DNA of 64,000 bases from Planctomycetota bacterium (GTDB taxonomy: Bacteria > Planctomycetota > UBA1135 > GCA-002686595). Below the pieces are notes generated by a model that saw only the letters and a list, made by a program, of their open reading frames with translations, ran no database searches and was not told where the DNA came from. The position numbers were made by a program, and so were the translations under genes. Location: contig JBILNK010000001.1 of NCBI GenBank assembly GCA_044375105.1, positions 2,651-66,650 of the forward strand, written 5' to 3'. This document shows positions 40,154-48,796 of the stretch, piece by piece; position 1 is the first letter of the stretch, and each line of letters begins with the position of its first letter.

Positions 40154-41755
40154 TCAGTCACCCTGCAGGTACCCGGCCGCCTCCAGCGCCGCGCGCAACC
40201 CGGCGTCCAGGTCGGCCCCGGTGCCGCTTGCCAGATAGCCCCCGCGTTCGTGCAGCTCCCGTCGCCGGGCCAGCTCCTGCCCGAGACGCTCGTACAGCTG
40301 CATGCCCGGGGTGCCGGGGCGCAGCGCACGCGGCTCGGCGCGCTCGCCGGGATCCCGGGCCAGATCGTAGAAGCTCGGGTGCGGGTCTCCGGCGGAGACG
40401 ATCAGCTTGTGGCTGCCGCGCTGCAAAGCGTCCAGCCGGATTTCGCGCTGGGGCGCGTCCAGATGGAAGAATAGCTCGCTGCGCCCCGGCGCCGAGCCCA
40501 GGAACAGGGGCGCCAGGTCCAGGGATTCACTGGCGGCGGGGATTGGCAGGCGCGCGGCCGCGAGCAGCGTGGCGTAGAGGTCGATCAGCTGCACGGGCTC
40601 GGCCACGCTGCGCCCGGCGGGCCAGGCCGCGGGCCAACACAGCAGCATCGGGATCGAGAGCACCTCGTCGAACAAGGTGCGCTGATGGCCCCACTTGCCG
40701 TGTTCGTAGAACTCCTCACCGTGGTCGCTGGTCAGGGCCACCAGCAGGTCGCGCTCGCGCCCCAGCTGCGCCAGGCGGGCCAGCAGGCGGCCCACGTGTT
40801 CGTCCGTGTAGGCGATCTCGGCGTCGTAGAGCGCCAGCAGGTGCTCGAGATCGGGCGCGGACCAGGGCCCGAACTTGTCCAGGACGAAACGGCCGCCCAT
40901 GCGCCCGGCGTAGTTCTGGTCGGCGAACCGAGCCACGTACTCGGGCGGGGCCAGATAGTCGTAGTGCGGGTCCCACCAGTGCACGAACAGGAAGCAGCGT
41001 TCCTCGGGCGCCAGGTCCTCGGACAGGAACCGATCGAGGCGCTCGAGCAGCAACGGGCTGGTGCGGACCTGGTGCGAAGCGACGTGCACGTCGAGGAAGC
41101 GATCGTCGCGGCCGGGCTCCTGGGGCGCGGCGAAGAGCTCCTCGGGCACCTCCACACCGGAGCAATCGTGGTAGGCCTCGAAACCCTGGGCGAAGCCGAA
41201 GGCGGGGTGCAGGTTGGGGCCCGAGAAAAAGCCCTGGGTGCGATAGCCGCCGGCGGCGAAGGCCTCGGCCAGGGTCTCGACTCCGGGGGGAATGTGACGG
41301 TCGTTGCGCGTGGCGCCGTGGATCTGATCCGGCAAGCCGGTCAGCAGGGTGGCGTGGGCCGGCAAGGTCCAGGAGGTGCTGGAGAAAGCGCGCTCGAAGC
41401 GGATGCCCGCGGCGGCCAGGCGGTCGAAGGTCGGAGTCGTGCGGGCCTCGGGGTGCTTGGGGGAGCGGCGCCCGTAGGCCGAGACGTGGTCCCGGCGCAC
41501 GCTGTCCAGGGTCATCAGCAGCACCGTGGCCGGCGGCTCGGGGGGGCGCCGGCAGCCCAGCGGGAGCCAGAGGGCAGCCCACAACAGCGCGGCCCGCCAG
41601 AGTCCCGCCGCGCTCCCCGGGCGCTGCCGGCGGGGGCGCGCCCCGAGCGACTGGGCGCCCTCCCCGACGCCGGACGCCCGCGGCGCTCGGGCGCCCAGCC
41701 CCCGGACCGGGCGCCCCCCGGTCCGGGAGGGCTCGTGCTTCGCAGCGCGGCTCAT
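40154..41755 (-). CDS. lipoprotein of the sulfatase / alkaline-phosphatase superfamily lacking the CxPxR motif
   Basis: ORF 40154..42262 trimmed to Met170 (MSRAAKHEP, CAT 41753-41755). Lipobox LWLPLGC. Sulfatase-fold blocks VLLMTLDSVRRDH, TPTFDRLAAAGIRF, SWTLPAHATLLTGL...HG, TSDHGEEF. The long charged N-terminus makes the exact start uncertain. Confidence 0.8.
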   Translation of the reverse strand: MSRAAKHEPSRTGGRPVRGLGARAPRASGVGEGAQSLGARPRRQRPGSAAGLWRAALLWAALWLPLGCRRPPEPPATVLLMTLDSVRRDHVSAYGRRSPKHPEARTTPTFDRLAAAGIRFERAFSSTSWTLPAHATLLTGLPDQIHGATRNDRHIPPGVETLAEAFAAGGYRTQGFFSGPNLHPAFGFAQGFEAYHDCSGVEVPEELFAAPQEPGRDDRFLDVHVASHQVRTSPLLLERLDRFLSEDLAPEERCFLFVHWWDPHYDYLAPPEYVARFADQNYAGRMGGRFVLDKFGPWSAPDLEHLLALYDAEIAYTDEHVGRLLARLAQLGRERDLLVALTSDHGEEFYEHGKWGHQRTLFDEVLSIPMLLCWPAAWPAGRSVAEPVQLIDLYATLLAAARLPIPAASESLDLAPLFLGSAPGRSELFFHLDAPQREIRLDALQRGSHKLIVSAGDPHPSFYDLARDPGERAEPRALRPGTPGMQLYERLGQELARRRELHERGGYLASGTGADLDAGLRAALEAAGYLQGD

Positions 41756-41797
41756 CGGCCGCAGGATACAGCGCCGCCCGCGCCCGCGACGGCCCCC

Positions 41798-43684
41798 ATG
41801 ACCCCCGCGATCCTCCGCTGGCCCTTGGCCCTGTGCCTGCTGAGCGCCGCCGTAGCGCTCCTCGCTCAGCGCCTCGAGCTCGCGACCGGCGAGAACGGCT
41901 CGCTGCTGACGAGCTCCGGCTGGTTCGGCAGTGCGAGCCTGGCCGCCGAACAGGCCGTGGACTGGCTGGAAAGCCATCGGCTCGAGCTGCGCCTGTTGGT
42001 CTTCGGTCTGGCGGGCGGCGTGGCGCTGCTCTTGGCGCGGCGCGCCAGTCTGTGGACCCTGCTGCTGGCGCTGGCCGGCGGCCTCGCGCTCGATCCCCTG
42101 CAGGCCTCCTTCGCGCTCGGGCTGGTCGGCGAAGGCGCCGCGAACTCCCTGGAGCTCGAACACGCCCGCCGCGCCCTGGCCATGACGCTGCTGCTGGCCG
42201 CACTGCTGGCCGCCTGCCCGGCGCGCGGCGCACAGACCGCGCTGCCCCTGGAGCGGGCCCACAACGGCGCGGCGCTGCTCGCGGAGCTGCTCCTGGCCGG
42301 CGCGGTATCCCTGGGCCTAGGTCTGCTGTTGTCCGAGCGCTGGCTCGAAGGCCAGCCCCTGACCAACGACGGCAAGGCTTACCTGTGGCAGGCGCGGCTG
42401 TTCGCGCAGGGCCAGCTGAGCCTGCCGGGCGGCCCCTGGACCGATTTTTTCCCAGCGCGTCAGATCTACTCGGGCGGGCTGGTCTTCTCGAAGTACCCGC
42501 CGGGGCACTCGCTGGTGCTCGCGTTGGGCCTGGCCATCGGCGCCGCCAAGGCCTGGGTCTGGGCGGGGGCTCTGCTCGCCCCCGCCGGGGTCTGGTACCT
42601 GGCGGGCCGGCTCGGATTCGAGCGGCCGCGCCTGGCGGCCTGGGTGTTCGCGCTCTCGCCGATGGCGATCGGCATCCACGGCTTGTGGTTGGCCCACGGC
42701 AGCTCGTTGCCCAGCGGCCTCTTGTTCCTGTGTGCGGCGGAAAGCGCCCTGGCGCGCTGCGCCACCGGCCGGCCCGCGGCGGCCCGCGCCAGCTTGGCCG
42801 GGCTGGCCTTGGGCCTGTGCTTCCTGGCGCGCCCTGGCACCGCACTAGCTCTGTGCCTGCCGCATCTAGGCAGTCTGTGGGCGCGCGCGCCGCGCTCGCG
42901 GGCGGCGCTCTTCGGCGCCACGCTGCTCGGCGCCCTGCCGGCGCTGGTCGTCTACCTGACCTTCAATCAGCAGCTGACCGGATCCCCCTGGCTGTCGCCC
43001 TACGAGCTCTACGCGGCCGAGCGCTCGCCCAACGACCGCTGGGGCCTGGTCAACCTGGGCACCGCCTGGCCCAACACGGCCTTCAACTTGGGGCGCCTCG
43101 ACCGCTGGCTGACCGGCAGCGCCGGCGGGCTGGCGCTGCTGGTCGTCGGCGTGCGCGCCAGCTGGCCGGCCGCGCGCCTCTCGATCGCCCTGGGGGTGCC
43201 CCTGTGTCTGCTCGGCTTCTACGCCCTGCTGCGTTTCCACGGGGTGCCCTGGGCTGGCCCGTCGTACCTGGTCGAAGGCCTGCCGCTGATGGCATGCCTG
43301 GCCAGCGCAGGCCTGGCGCGCGTCGCGGCGCGCCTGGCGCCGGCGGCGCGCCCCCTGCTGGCGCCCCTCCTCGCTGGAGCGGCCGGCTGGATGCTGGCAG
43401 TGCAGTTCGAGCAAGCCGGGCGGGAATACGCGTTGCGCAGCCGCGCCGAGGCGGCGGCCCGCGCCGCCCCGCTGCAGCCCGCGCTGGTCTTCGTGCCGCT
43501 GCGGAATGAGCAGGAAATCAAACGCTTCCACCTGGCCCCGCCCCTCGAGCGCGAGCCCTTCGTGCTGGCCCGGGACCTCGGCCCGCGCAATCGCGAACTG
43601 CAGCGCGCCTGGAGAGACTTCTGCGCCTACCGTTTCGATCCGGACAGCGGCAGCTTGACGCCGCTGCCGCCGCCGGAGCGTTGA
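41798..43684 (+). CDS. polytopic membrane protein, GT-C-like (ArnT/PMT, GT39/GT83-like) glycosyltransferase candidate
   Basis: In-frame ATG 41798 within ORF 40685..43684 (MTPAILRWPLALCLLSAAVALL). About a dozen hydrophobic segments by eye. First-loop block LTNDGKAYLWQARLF. The family call is by architecture only. Confidence 0.6.
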   Translation: MTPAILRWPLALCLLSAAVALLAQRLELATGENGSLLTSSGWFGSASLAAEQAVDWLESHRLELRLLVFGLAGGVALLLARRASLWTLLLALAGGLALDPLQASFALGLVGEGAANSLELEHARRALAMTLLLAALLAACPARGAQTALPLERAHNGAALLAELLLAGAVSLGLGLLLSERWLEGQPLTNDGKAYLWQARLFAQGQLSLPGGPWTDFFPARQIYSGGLVFSKYPPGHSLVLALGLAIGAAKAWVWAGALLAPAGVWYLAGRLGFERPRLAAWVFALSPMAIGIHGLWLAHGSSLPSGLLFLCAAESALARCATGRPAAARASLAGLALGLCFLARPGTALALCLPHLGSLWARAPRSRAALFGATLLGALPALVVYLTFNQQLTGSPWLSPYELYAAERSPNDRWGLVNLGTAWPNTAFNLGRLDRWLTGSAGGLALLVVGVRASWPAARLSIALGVPLCLLGFYALLRFHGVPWAGPSYLVEGLPLMACLASAGLARVAARLAPAARPLLAPLLAGAAGWMLAVQFEQAGREYALRSRAEAAARAAPLQPALVFVPLRNEQEIKRFHLAPPLEREPFVLARDLGPRNRELQRAWRDFCAYRFDPDSGSLTPLPPPER

Positions 43685-43783
43685 AGTGCTGCGGCAGCAT
43701 CTCGCGCTGCGCCCAAGCCGCGATACCAGCCTGGCAGCATGCCTTCGGGCCGCCATCCGGCGGCCGCAGGGGCTGCGGAACGT

Positions 43784-43809
43784 CGCTGCGCGCCGATTTT
43801 TTGTTTTTC
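43784..43809 (+). repeat. CGCTGCGC-spacer-TTTTTTGTTTTTC element, copy 1
   Basis: CGCTGCGC at 43784-43791 and T-tract ATTTTTTGTTTTTC at 43796-43809, about 100 nt after the stop at 43684. Compare copy 2 at 48758..48790. Confidence 0.3.
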
Positions 43810-44095
43810 TCCGGGATGGGCTGAAAGAGCTCCTGCATCCGACGATTCCTGGGAATTCGGGCGGCTCCAAGCGAAAGGAGGTGCTCCGCTCGAGGATGTA
43901 CGCCGCGCAGCGATAGCGCTCCCGGCTTTGGCCCCCCAAGAGCTCGGCGGGGTCTTTGCTGCTGTATCCACGGAATCGCCCGGTAACCCGCAGAGCGCTG
44001 ATGTCCGCCCGGATGCCTGAAGCGAGCCGCTTTCCAGCCCGAGGGCCGCGTGAACCGGGCAGCTGAGGATCAAGGTTTGCACGGGGCCGCGGGGG

Positions 44096-44128
44096 GCCGC
44101 GCGAGCTGGCTACGCGGCAGATTTTTCT
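44096..44128 (+). terminator. hairpin plus T5 (candidate intrinsic terminator at the end of the low-GC island)
   Basis: Arms GCCGCG (44096-44101) and CGCGGC (44113-44118), an 11-nt loop, then AGATTTTTC (T-run 44122-44126). The stem is short, so support is weak. Confidence 0.25.
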
Positions 44129-44379
44129 CGGTCGGCCCGGCAGAGCGTCCCGAGCTGCGCGGCTGCGGGGATTCGCAAGTCCTGTGGCCAGGCGGAGCTG
44201 CGCGAGGACGGCCAGATCGGGGGGGCGGGAGCCGTTGCGGAACTGGCGACACGCGCCGCTCGTGAGGGCCAAAATTGTCCTGGCCGCGCTCGCTTCTGGC
44301 CGCCAGGGCACGCCTCGTCCCGAGCGACCTTCCGAGCTTCCACGAATCGCTCGCCGGCCTGTCTTCGGCCAACCCATTC

Positions 44380-45879
44380 ATGCCCTCCTCTGCCCGCTTG
44401 CAACAGCCGGCGCCCCCCAGGCGCGTCTTCGTTTGGTTCCTGGGCGCCCTGTGCGCTTGGGCCTTGGCCCAATGGCTGTGGGTGCGGCCCGAATCGATCG
44501 GGGCCTCCTGGCGCGAGTGCGACACCCAGGCGATCGCGCGCAATTTCCACCGTTTCGGGCTCGACCTTCTGCGCCCGCGCATCGACTGGGGCGGGGATGG
44601 ACCCGGTTTCGTGGAGAGCGAGCTGCCGCTCTACACCGCCGGGGTCGCTCTGCTGCTGAACCGTTTCGGTGAAGCGGAATGGCCCGGCCAGCTGCTGTCC
44701 CTGCTGGCCCTCTGCGCCACGGCATCGGCCCTGGCCCTCGGGACGCGCCAGCGCTTCGGCAACGCACCGGCGGCCCTGTGCGGGCTGGCGCTGCTCGGCA
44801 GCCAACTCGGGGTCTCCCTGTCGATCAGCGTGATGCCGGACGCCAGCGCGCTCTTATGCTTCACGCTGGGCTGGTTGGCGTTCCTCGACTACGCGGACAG
44901 CGGTCGCCGGCGTTCCCTGTGGTTGGCGGGGGCCGCGACCCTGTTGGCGGCCTGGATCAAAGCCCCGGCCCTGCAGCTCGGGGTGGCCCAGTTCCTGCTG
45001 CTGGCGCTCTCGCACCGCGAGCGCCTGCGCCGGCCGGAGACCTGGCTGGTGTGGGCCCTGGTGCTGTGCGGCGCGGCCCTGCAGCTCTGGCACGCGCGCC
45101 AGCTCTACCTCGAGACCGGCCTGACCTTCGGCGTGCTGTCCGGCGGCGACACCAAATTCCCCCACGCCGAGCACCTGGCGATGCCTGGCCTGTACCTGGA
45201 TCTGGTCGCCATGGCGTTGCGTTTCGGGCCGGGCCTGATCGGGTTGGCGGCGGGCGCCGCGCTGCTGTGGACCCGCCGCATGGGAGCAGCCGAGCTGGCC
45301 CTGGCGGCTTCCTACGTCCTGGGGGCCGTCGTGTCGATGCGCTACAGCCACAGCCCGGACAGCGGGGCGCACTATCACATGTTCGGCACGCTGCTCGGCT
45401 CCTGGTGGGTGGGCAAGGCGGCCTGGGTGGCGACGCAGCGCTCTTGGGCCTGGCGCGGGCGGTCGGTCTTCGCCGCAGCGAGCCTGGGCCTGGCGGTGGC
45501 GCCGTACCTCGGCCACGCGCTGCTGGAACGCGATTGGCGGCGCCAGGTGACCACGGCCCAGACCGTCGAACTGGCGCGACTGGCGGCCGAGCACAGCCGC
45601 CCCGGGGAACTCCTGGTGGTGCGCTCGCCGAAACCGCGCGAGGACCCCTTCTGGCGCCGGCGCAACAACTTCGAGGAGCCCACGATCCTGTACCTGGCCG
45701 ATCGGCGCGGCTGGGTGCTGCCCGCGGACGAGCCCCTGGATCGAGGGCTCGAGGACTGCCGCCGGCGCGGAGCGCGGCTGTTCGTCGATGGCCGCCCCGC
45801 CAGCCTCGCCCCCCCGCCGCCCGTGCCTGGCGCCCGGCTGCTGTTCGCCGGCAGCCAAGGCAGCCTCTGGAGCCTCTAG
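44380..45879 (+). CDS. polytopic membrane protein, second GT-C-like (GT39-like) glycosyltransferase candidate
   Basis: ORF 44275..45879 trimmed to Met36 (MPSSARLQQPAPPRRVFVWFLGALCAWALAQWLW). First-loop block WRECDTQAIARNFHRFG. Many hydrophobic segments, then a soluble C-terminal ~120 aa. Confidence 0.6.
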   Translation: MPSSARLQQPAPPRRVFVWFLGALCAWALAQWLWVRPESIGASWRECDTQAIARNFHRFGLDLLRPRIDWGGDGPGFVESELPLYTAGVALLLNRFGEAEWPGQLLSLLALCATASALALGTRQRFGNAPAALCGLALLGSQLGVSLSISVMPDASALLCFTLGWLAFLDYADSGRRRSLWLAGAATLLAAWIKAPALQLGVAQFLLLALSHRERLRRPETWLVWALVLCGAALQLWHARQLYLETGLTFGVLSGGDTKFPHAEHLAMPGLYLDLVAMALRFGPGLIGLAAGAALLWTRRMGAAELALAASYVLGAVVSMRYSHSPDSGAHYHMFGTLLGSWWVGKAAWVATQRSWAWRGRSVFAAASLGLAVAPYLGHALLERDWRRQVTTAQTVELARLAAEHSRPGELLVVRSPKPREDPFWRRRNNFEEPTILYLADRRGWVLPADEPLDRGLEDCRRRGARLFVDGRPASLAPPPPVPGARLLFAGSQGSLWSL

Positions 45880-46007
45880 GGACAAGGGCCCCCCCAGCTT
45901 GGCGGCGGGGGGGGCTCGCACCGGTCTCTAAAGCCGAGGCCGCTTCGGCCGACGGCTGCCGGCGACCCTTGGAGAAGCGCCGCACCGGGCCCTAGGCTCA
46001 GTGCCCC

Positions 46008-47171
46008 GTGTCCACCCCCCAACGACCTCCTGACCGCCGCAACCTGCGCGTCGCCTTCCCGATCTACTGCTCCGGCAGCGCGATCCCGGCCTGCATCCTG
46101 GCGGTCTGCGATCGGCTCCAAGGCGCGCCGTTCGGCGTCGAATACTGGGCCCCGGCGGTCGAGCCCTCCGTGCAGCGCCCCTACCACCGCGTGCCCCTGC
46201 CGCGCCTGGCAACGCGGCTTTGGTACCGGCTCGGCCTAGCGGAGACCGGCCTGCGAGAGCTGCTCGAGCGCCGGTATCTGAAGATCGTTCGGCCCGGCGA
46301 CATCGCCTATCTGTGGCCAGCGCTTTCGCTCGATTTCTTCGAGCGCCTGGCCGAACGCGGCATCCCGATCGTGCTCGAGCGCGTCAACAGCCATCGCCGC
46401 AACTCGATGCGCGTGCTGGACGACGCCTACCGGCGCCTGGGGCTCCCGGCCAACCACGGCATCACCATGCGCGATGCGGACATCGAATCGCGCAAGCTAG
46501 CCCTGGCCACGCGGGTCTTCTGCCCGAGCCCGCTGGTGCATCGCTCGCTGCTCGATCAGGGCGTGCCCGAGCACAAGCTGTTCCATACCTCCTACGCCTG
46601 GGATTCGCGCGACTTCCGCGTCGAGCGCCGCCCGCGCGGTCCGGGCCACGTGCCCCTGTTCCTGTTCGTAGCCAACGGCACCGTGCGCAAGGGCCTCGCG
46701 CAGCTGCTCGAGTATTGGGCCGCCGCCGGGCTGCGCGCGCGGCTGCGCATCGTCGGGCCGATCGAGGCCGCGCTCCAGGAGCGCTGCGCATCCGAGCTGG
46801 CGCGGCCGGACGTCGAGCACCTGCCCTATCGCAATCGCCTCGACGACCTGTACGGCGAAGCGGACGTGTTCGTGTTGCCCAGCCACGAGGAAGGCAGCCC
46901 GCTGGTGACCTACCTGGCCTTGGGGGCCGGACTGCCCTGCCTGGTCAGCCCGGCCGGCGCGGGCGGCGTGGTCGAGGACCGCGTGCACGGGCTGGTGCGC
47001 GATCCCTACGACGAAGTCGGCTGGATCTCCGCCCTGCGCGAGCTGGCCGGCGACCAGGCCCTGCGCGAGCGGCTCGGCGCGGCGGCCCGCGAGCAGGCCG
47101 AGAATTACACCTGGGACCAGGTCGGCGCCCGGCGCCGCGCGGAATTCGAACGCCTGTTCGCCGGCGTTTGA
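46008..47171 (+). CDS. glycosyltransferase family 4 (GT-B fold)
   Basis: C-terminal GT4 signature ADVFVLPSHEEGSPLVTYLALGAGLPCLVSPAGAGGVVEDRVHGLV. GTG start at 46008, so the start is uncertain. Confidence 0.85.
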   Translation: MSTPQRPPDRRNLRVAFPIYCSGSAIPACILAVCDRLQGAPFGVEYWAPAVEPSVQRPYHRVPLPRLATRLWYRLGLAETGLRELLERRYLKIVRPGDIAYLWPALSLDFFERLAERGIPIVLERVNSHRRNSMRVLDDAYRRLGLPANHGITMRDADIESRKLALATRVFCPSPLVHRSLLDQGVPEHKLFHTSYAWDSRDFRVERRPRGPGHVPLFLFVANGTVRKGLAQLLEYWAAAGLRARLRIVGPIEAALQERCASELARPDVEHLPYRNRLDDLYGEADVFVLPSHEEGSPLVTYLALGAGLPCLVSPAGAGGVVEDRVHGLVRDPYDEVGWISALRELAGDQALRERLGAAAREQAENYTWDQVGARRRAEFERLFAGV

Positions 47172-47300
47172 CGGGCTGGTCCAGGCGCTCGGAGCGAGCC
47201 CGAGCCAGTGCTTTCTCGAGCCTGGGGGAGGCGGGGGGGAATCGGGGCGCCGCGGCGATCCCGGCCTGTCCGGCCGCCGGATGCGAGCCCGGCGGCGGAG

Positions 47301-48020
<720 letters not shown>

Positions 48021-48163
48021 GGCTAAAGCCTGGGATGGCGCGAGCCTAGTCTAGGGCCAGGCGGCGCAGGAGCCGCTGCGCGCGATCGCCGGCCGGCGGC
48101 GCCGACGCGCGCGCTCGCCCGGCCTGGCCCGGCCGCCCCACAGCACACCCAGCTTCCGACTCC

Positions 48164-48568
48164 ATGCCCGACCTGGCCCAACGCATCCGTGACTTCCTGG
48201 CGGCCCCGGCCTTCGGCGTGGCCGGCGCTTCGACCAACCGCGAAAAGTACGGCAACAAGGTGCTGCGCTGCTATCTGCAACACGGCCGGCGTGCCTTCGG
48301 CATCAACCCGCGCGCGACGGACATCGAGGGCGTGCCCTGCTTTCCCGATCTGGCCAGCCTGCCCGCGGAGGTCAGCGCCCTGTCCCTGATCACGCCGCCC
48401 AAGATCAGCGCAGCGCTGATCGAAGCCTGCGCAAACAGCCGGATCCGCCGGGTCTGGTTCCAGCCCGGCGCGGAGAGCCGCCTGGCGCTGCAGCGCGCCG
48501 AAGCGCTGGGGCTCGAACCGATCGCCGGAGGCGCCTGCCTGCTGGTGGTGCTCGGTTTCCGCGAGTAG
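48164..48568 (+). CDS. CoA-binding domain protein (YccU-like)
   Basis: Block FGVAGASTNREKYGNKVLRCYLQHG...INPRATDIEGVPCFPDLASLP...VWFQPGAES is typical of CoA_binding_2 proteins. Confidence 0.8.
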   Translation: MPDLAQRIRDFLAAPAFGVAGASTNREKYGNKVLRCYLQHGRRAFGINPRATDIEGVPCFPDLASLPAEVSALSLITPPKISAALIEACANSRIRRVWFQPGAESRLALQRAEALGLEPIAGGACLLVVLGFRE

Positions 48569-48757
48569 CGGCGGGCTCGATCCTGGCCGGGTCTGCCGAA
48601 GGGGCCGCGCGGGGCGCCGATCCGAAGGGCTGGCGTCGGCCGCCCGGCTCCGGAAACGGAACCCGCGGCCCTGGGGCCTGGCCGCAGGGCGCCGCCGGGC
48701 GCCGCGGCAGATCTCTGCGAGCCGCGACGCCGGGCCGCTTGTCGACGCAACGGGTCC

Positions 48758-48790
48758 CGCTGCGCTGGCGGCGAAAATTTTTTTGTTTTC
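48758..48790 (+). repeat. CGCTGCGC-spacer-TTTTTTTGTTTTC element, copy 2
   Basis: CGCTGCGC at 48758-48765 and AAAATTTTTTTGTTTTC at 48774-48790. It lies in the 228-nt gap between the CoA-binding gene stop (48568) and the stop of the minus-strand gene at 48797. Confidence 0.3.
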
Positions 48791-48796
48791 AGCCGA

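Noticed and set aside
39982-43509. 1175-aa plus-strand ORF
   Set aside because: It is antisense to the zincin and sulfatase-fold genes and out of frame with the GT-C-like gene. Its product is extremely Arg/Pro/Gly-rich.
43627-44082. 151-aa minus-strand ORF and 93-aa plus-strand ORF (43739..44020) inside the low-GC island
   Set aside because: Third codon positions are mixed A/T/G/C, unlike every confident gene here. No motifs are present, and the 151-aa ORF overlaps the 3' end of the GT-C gene.
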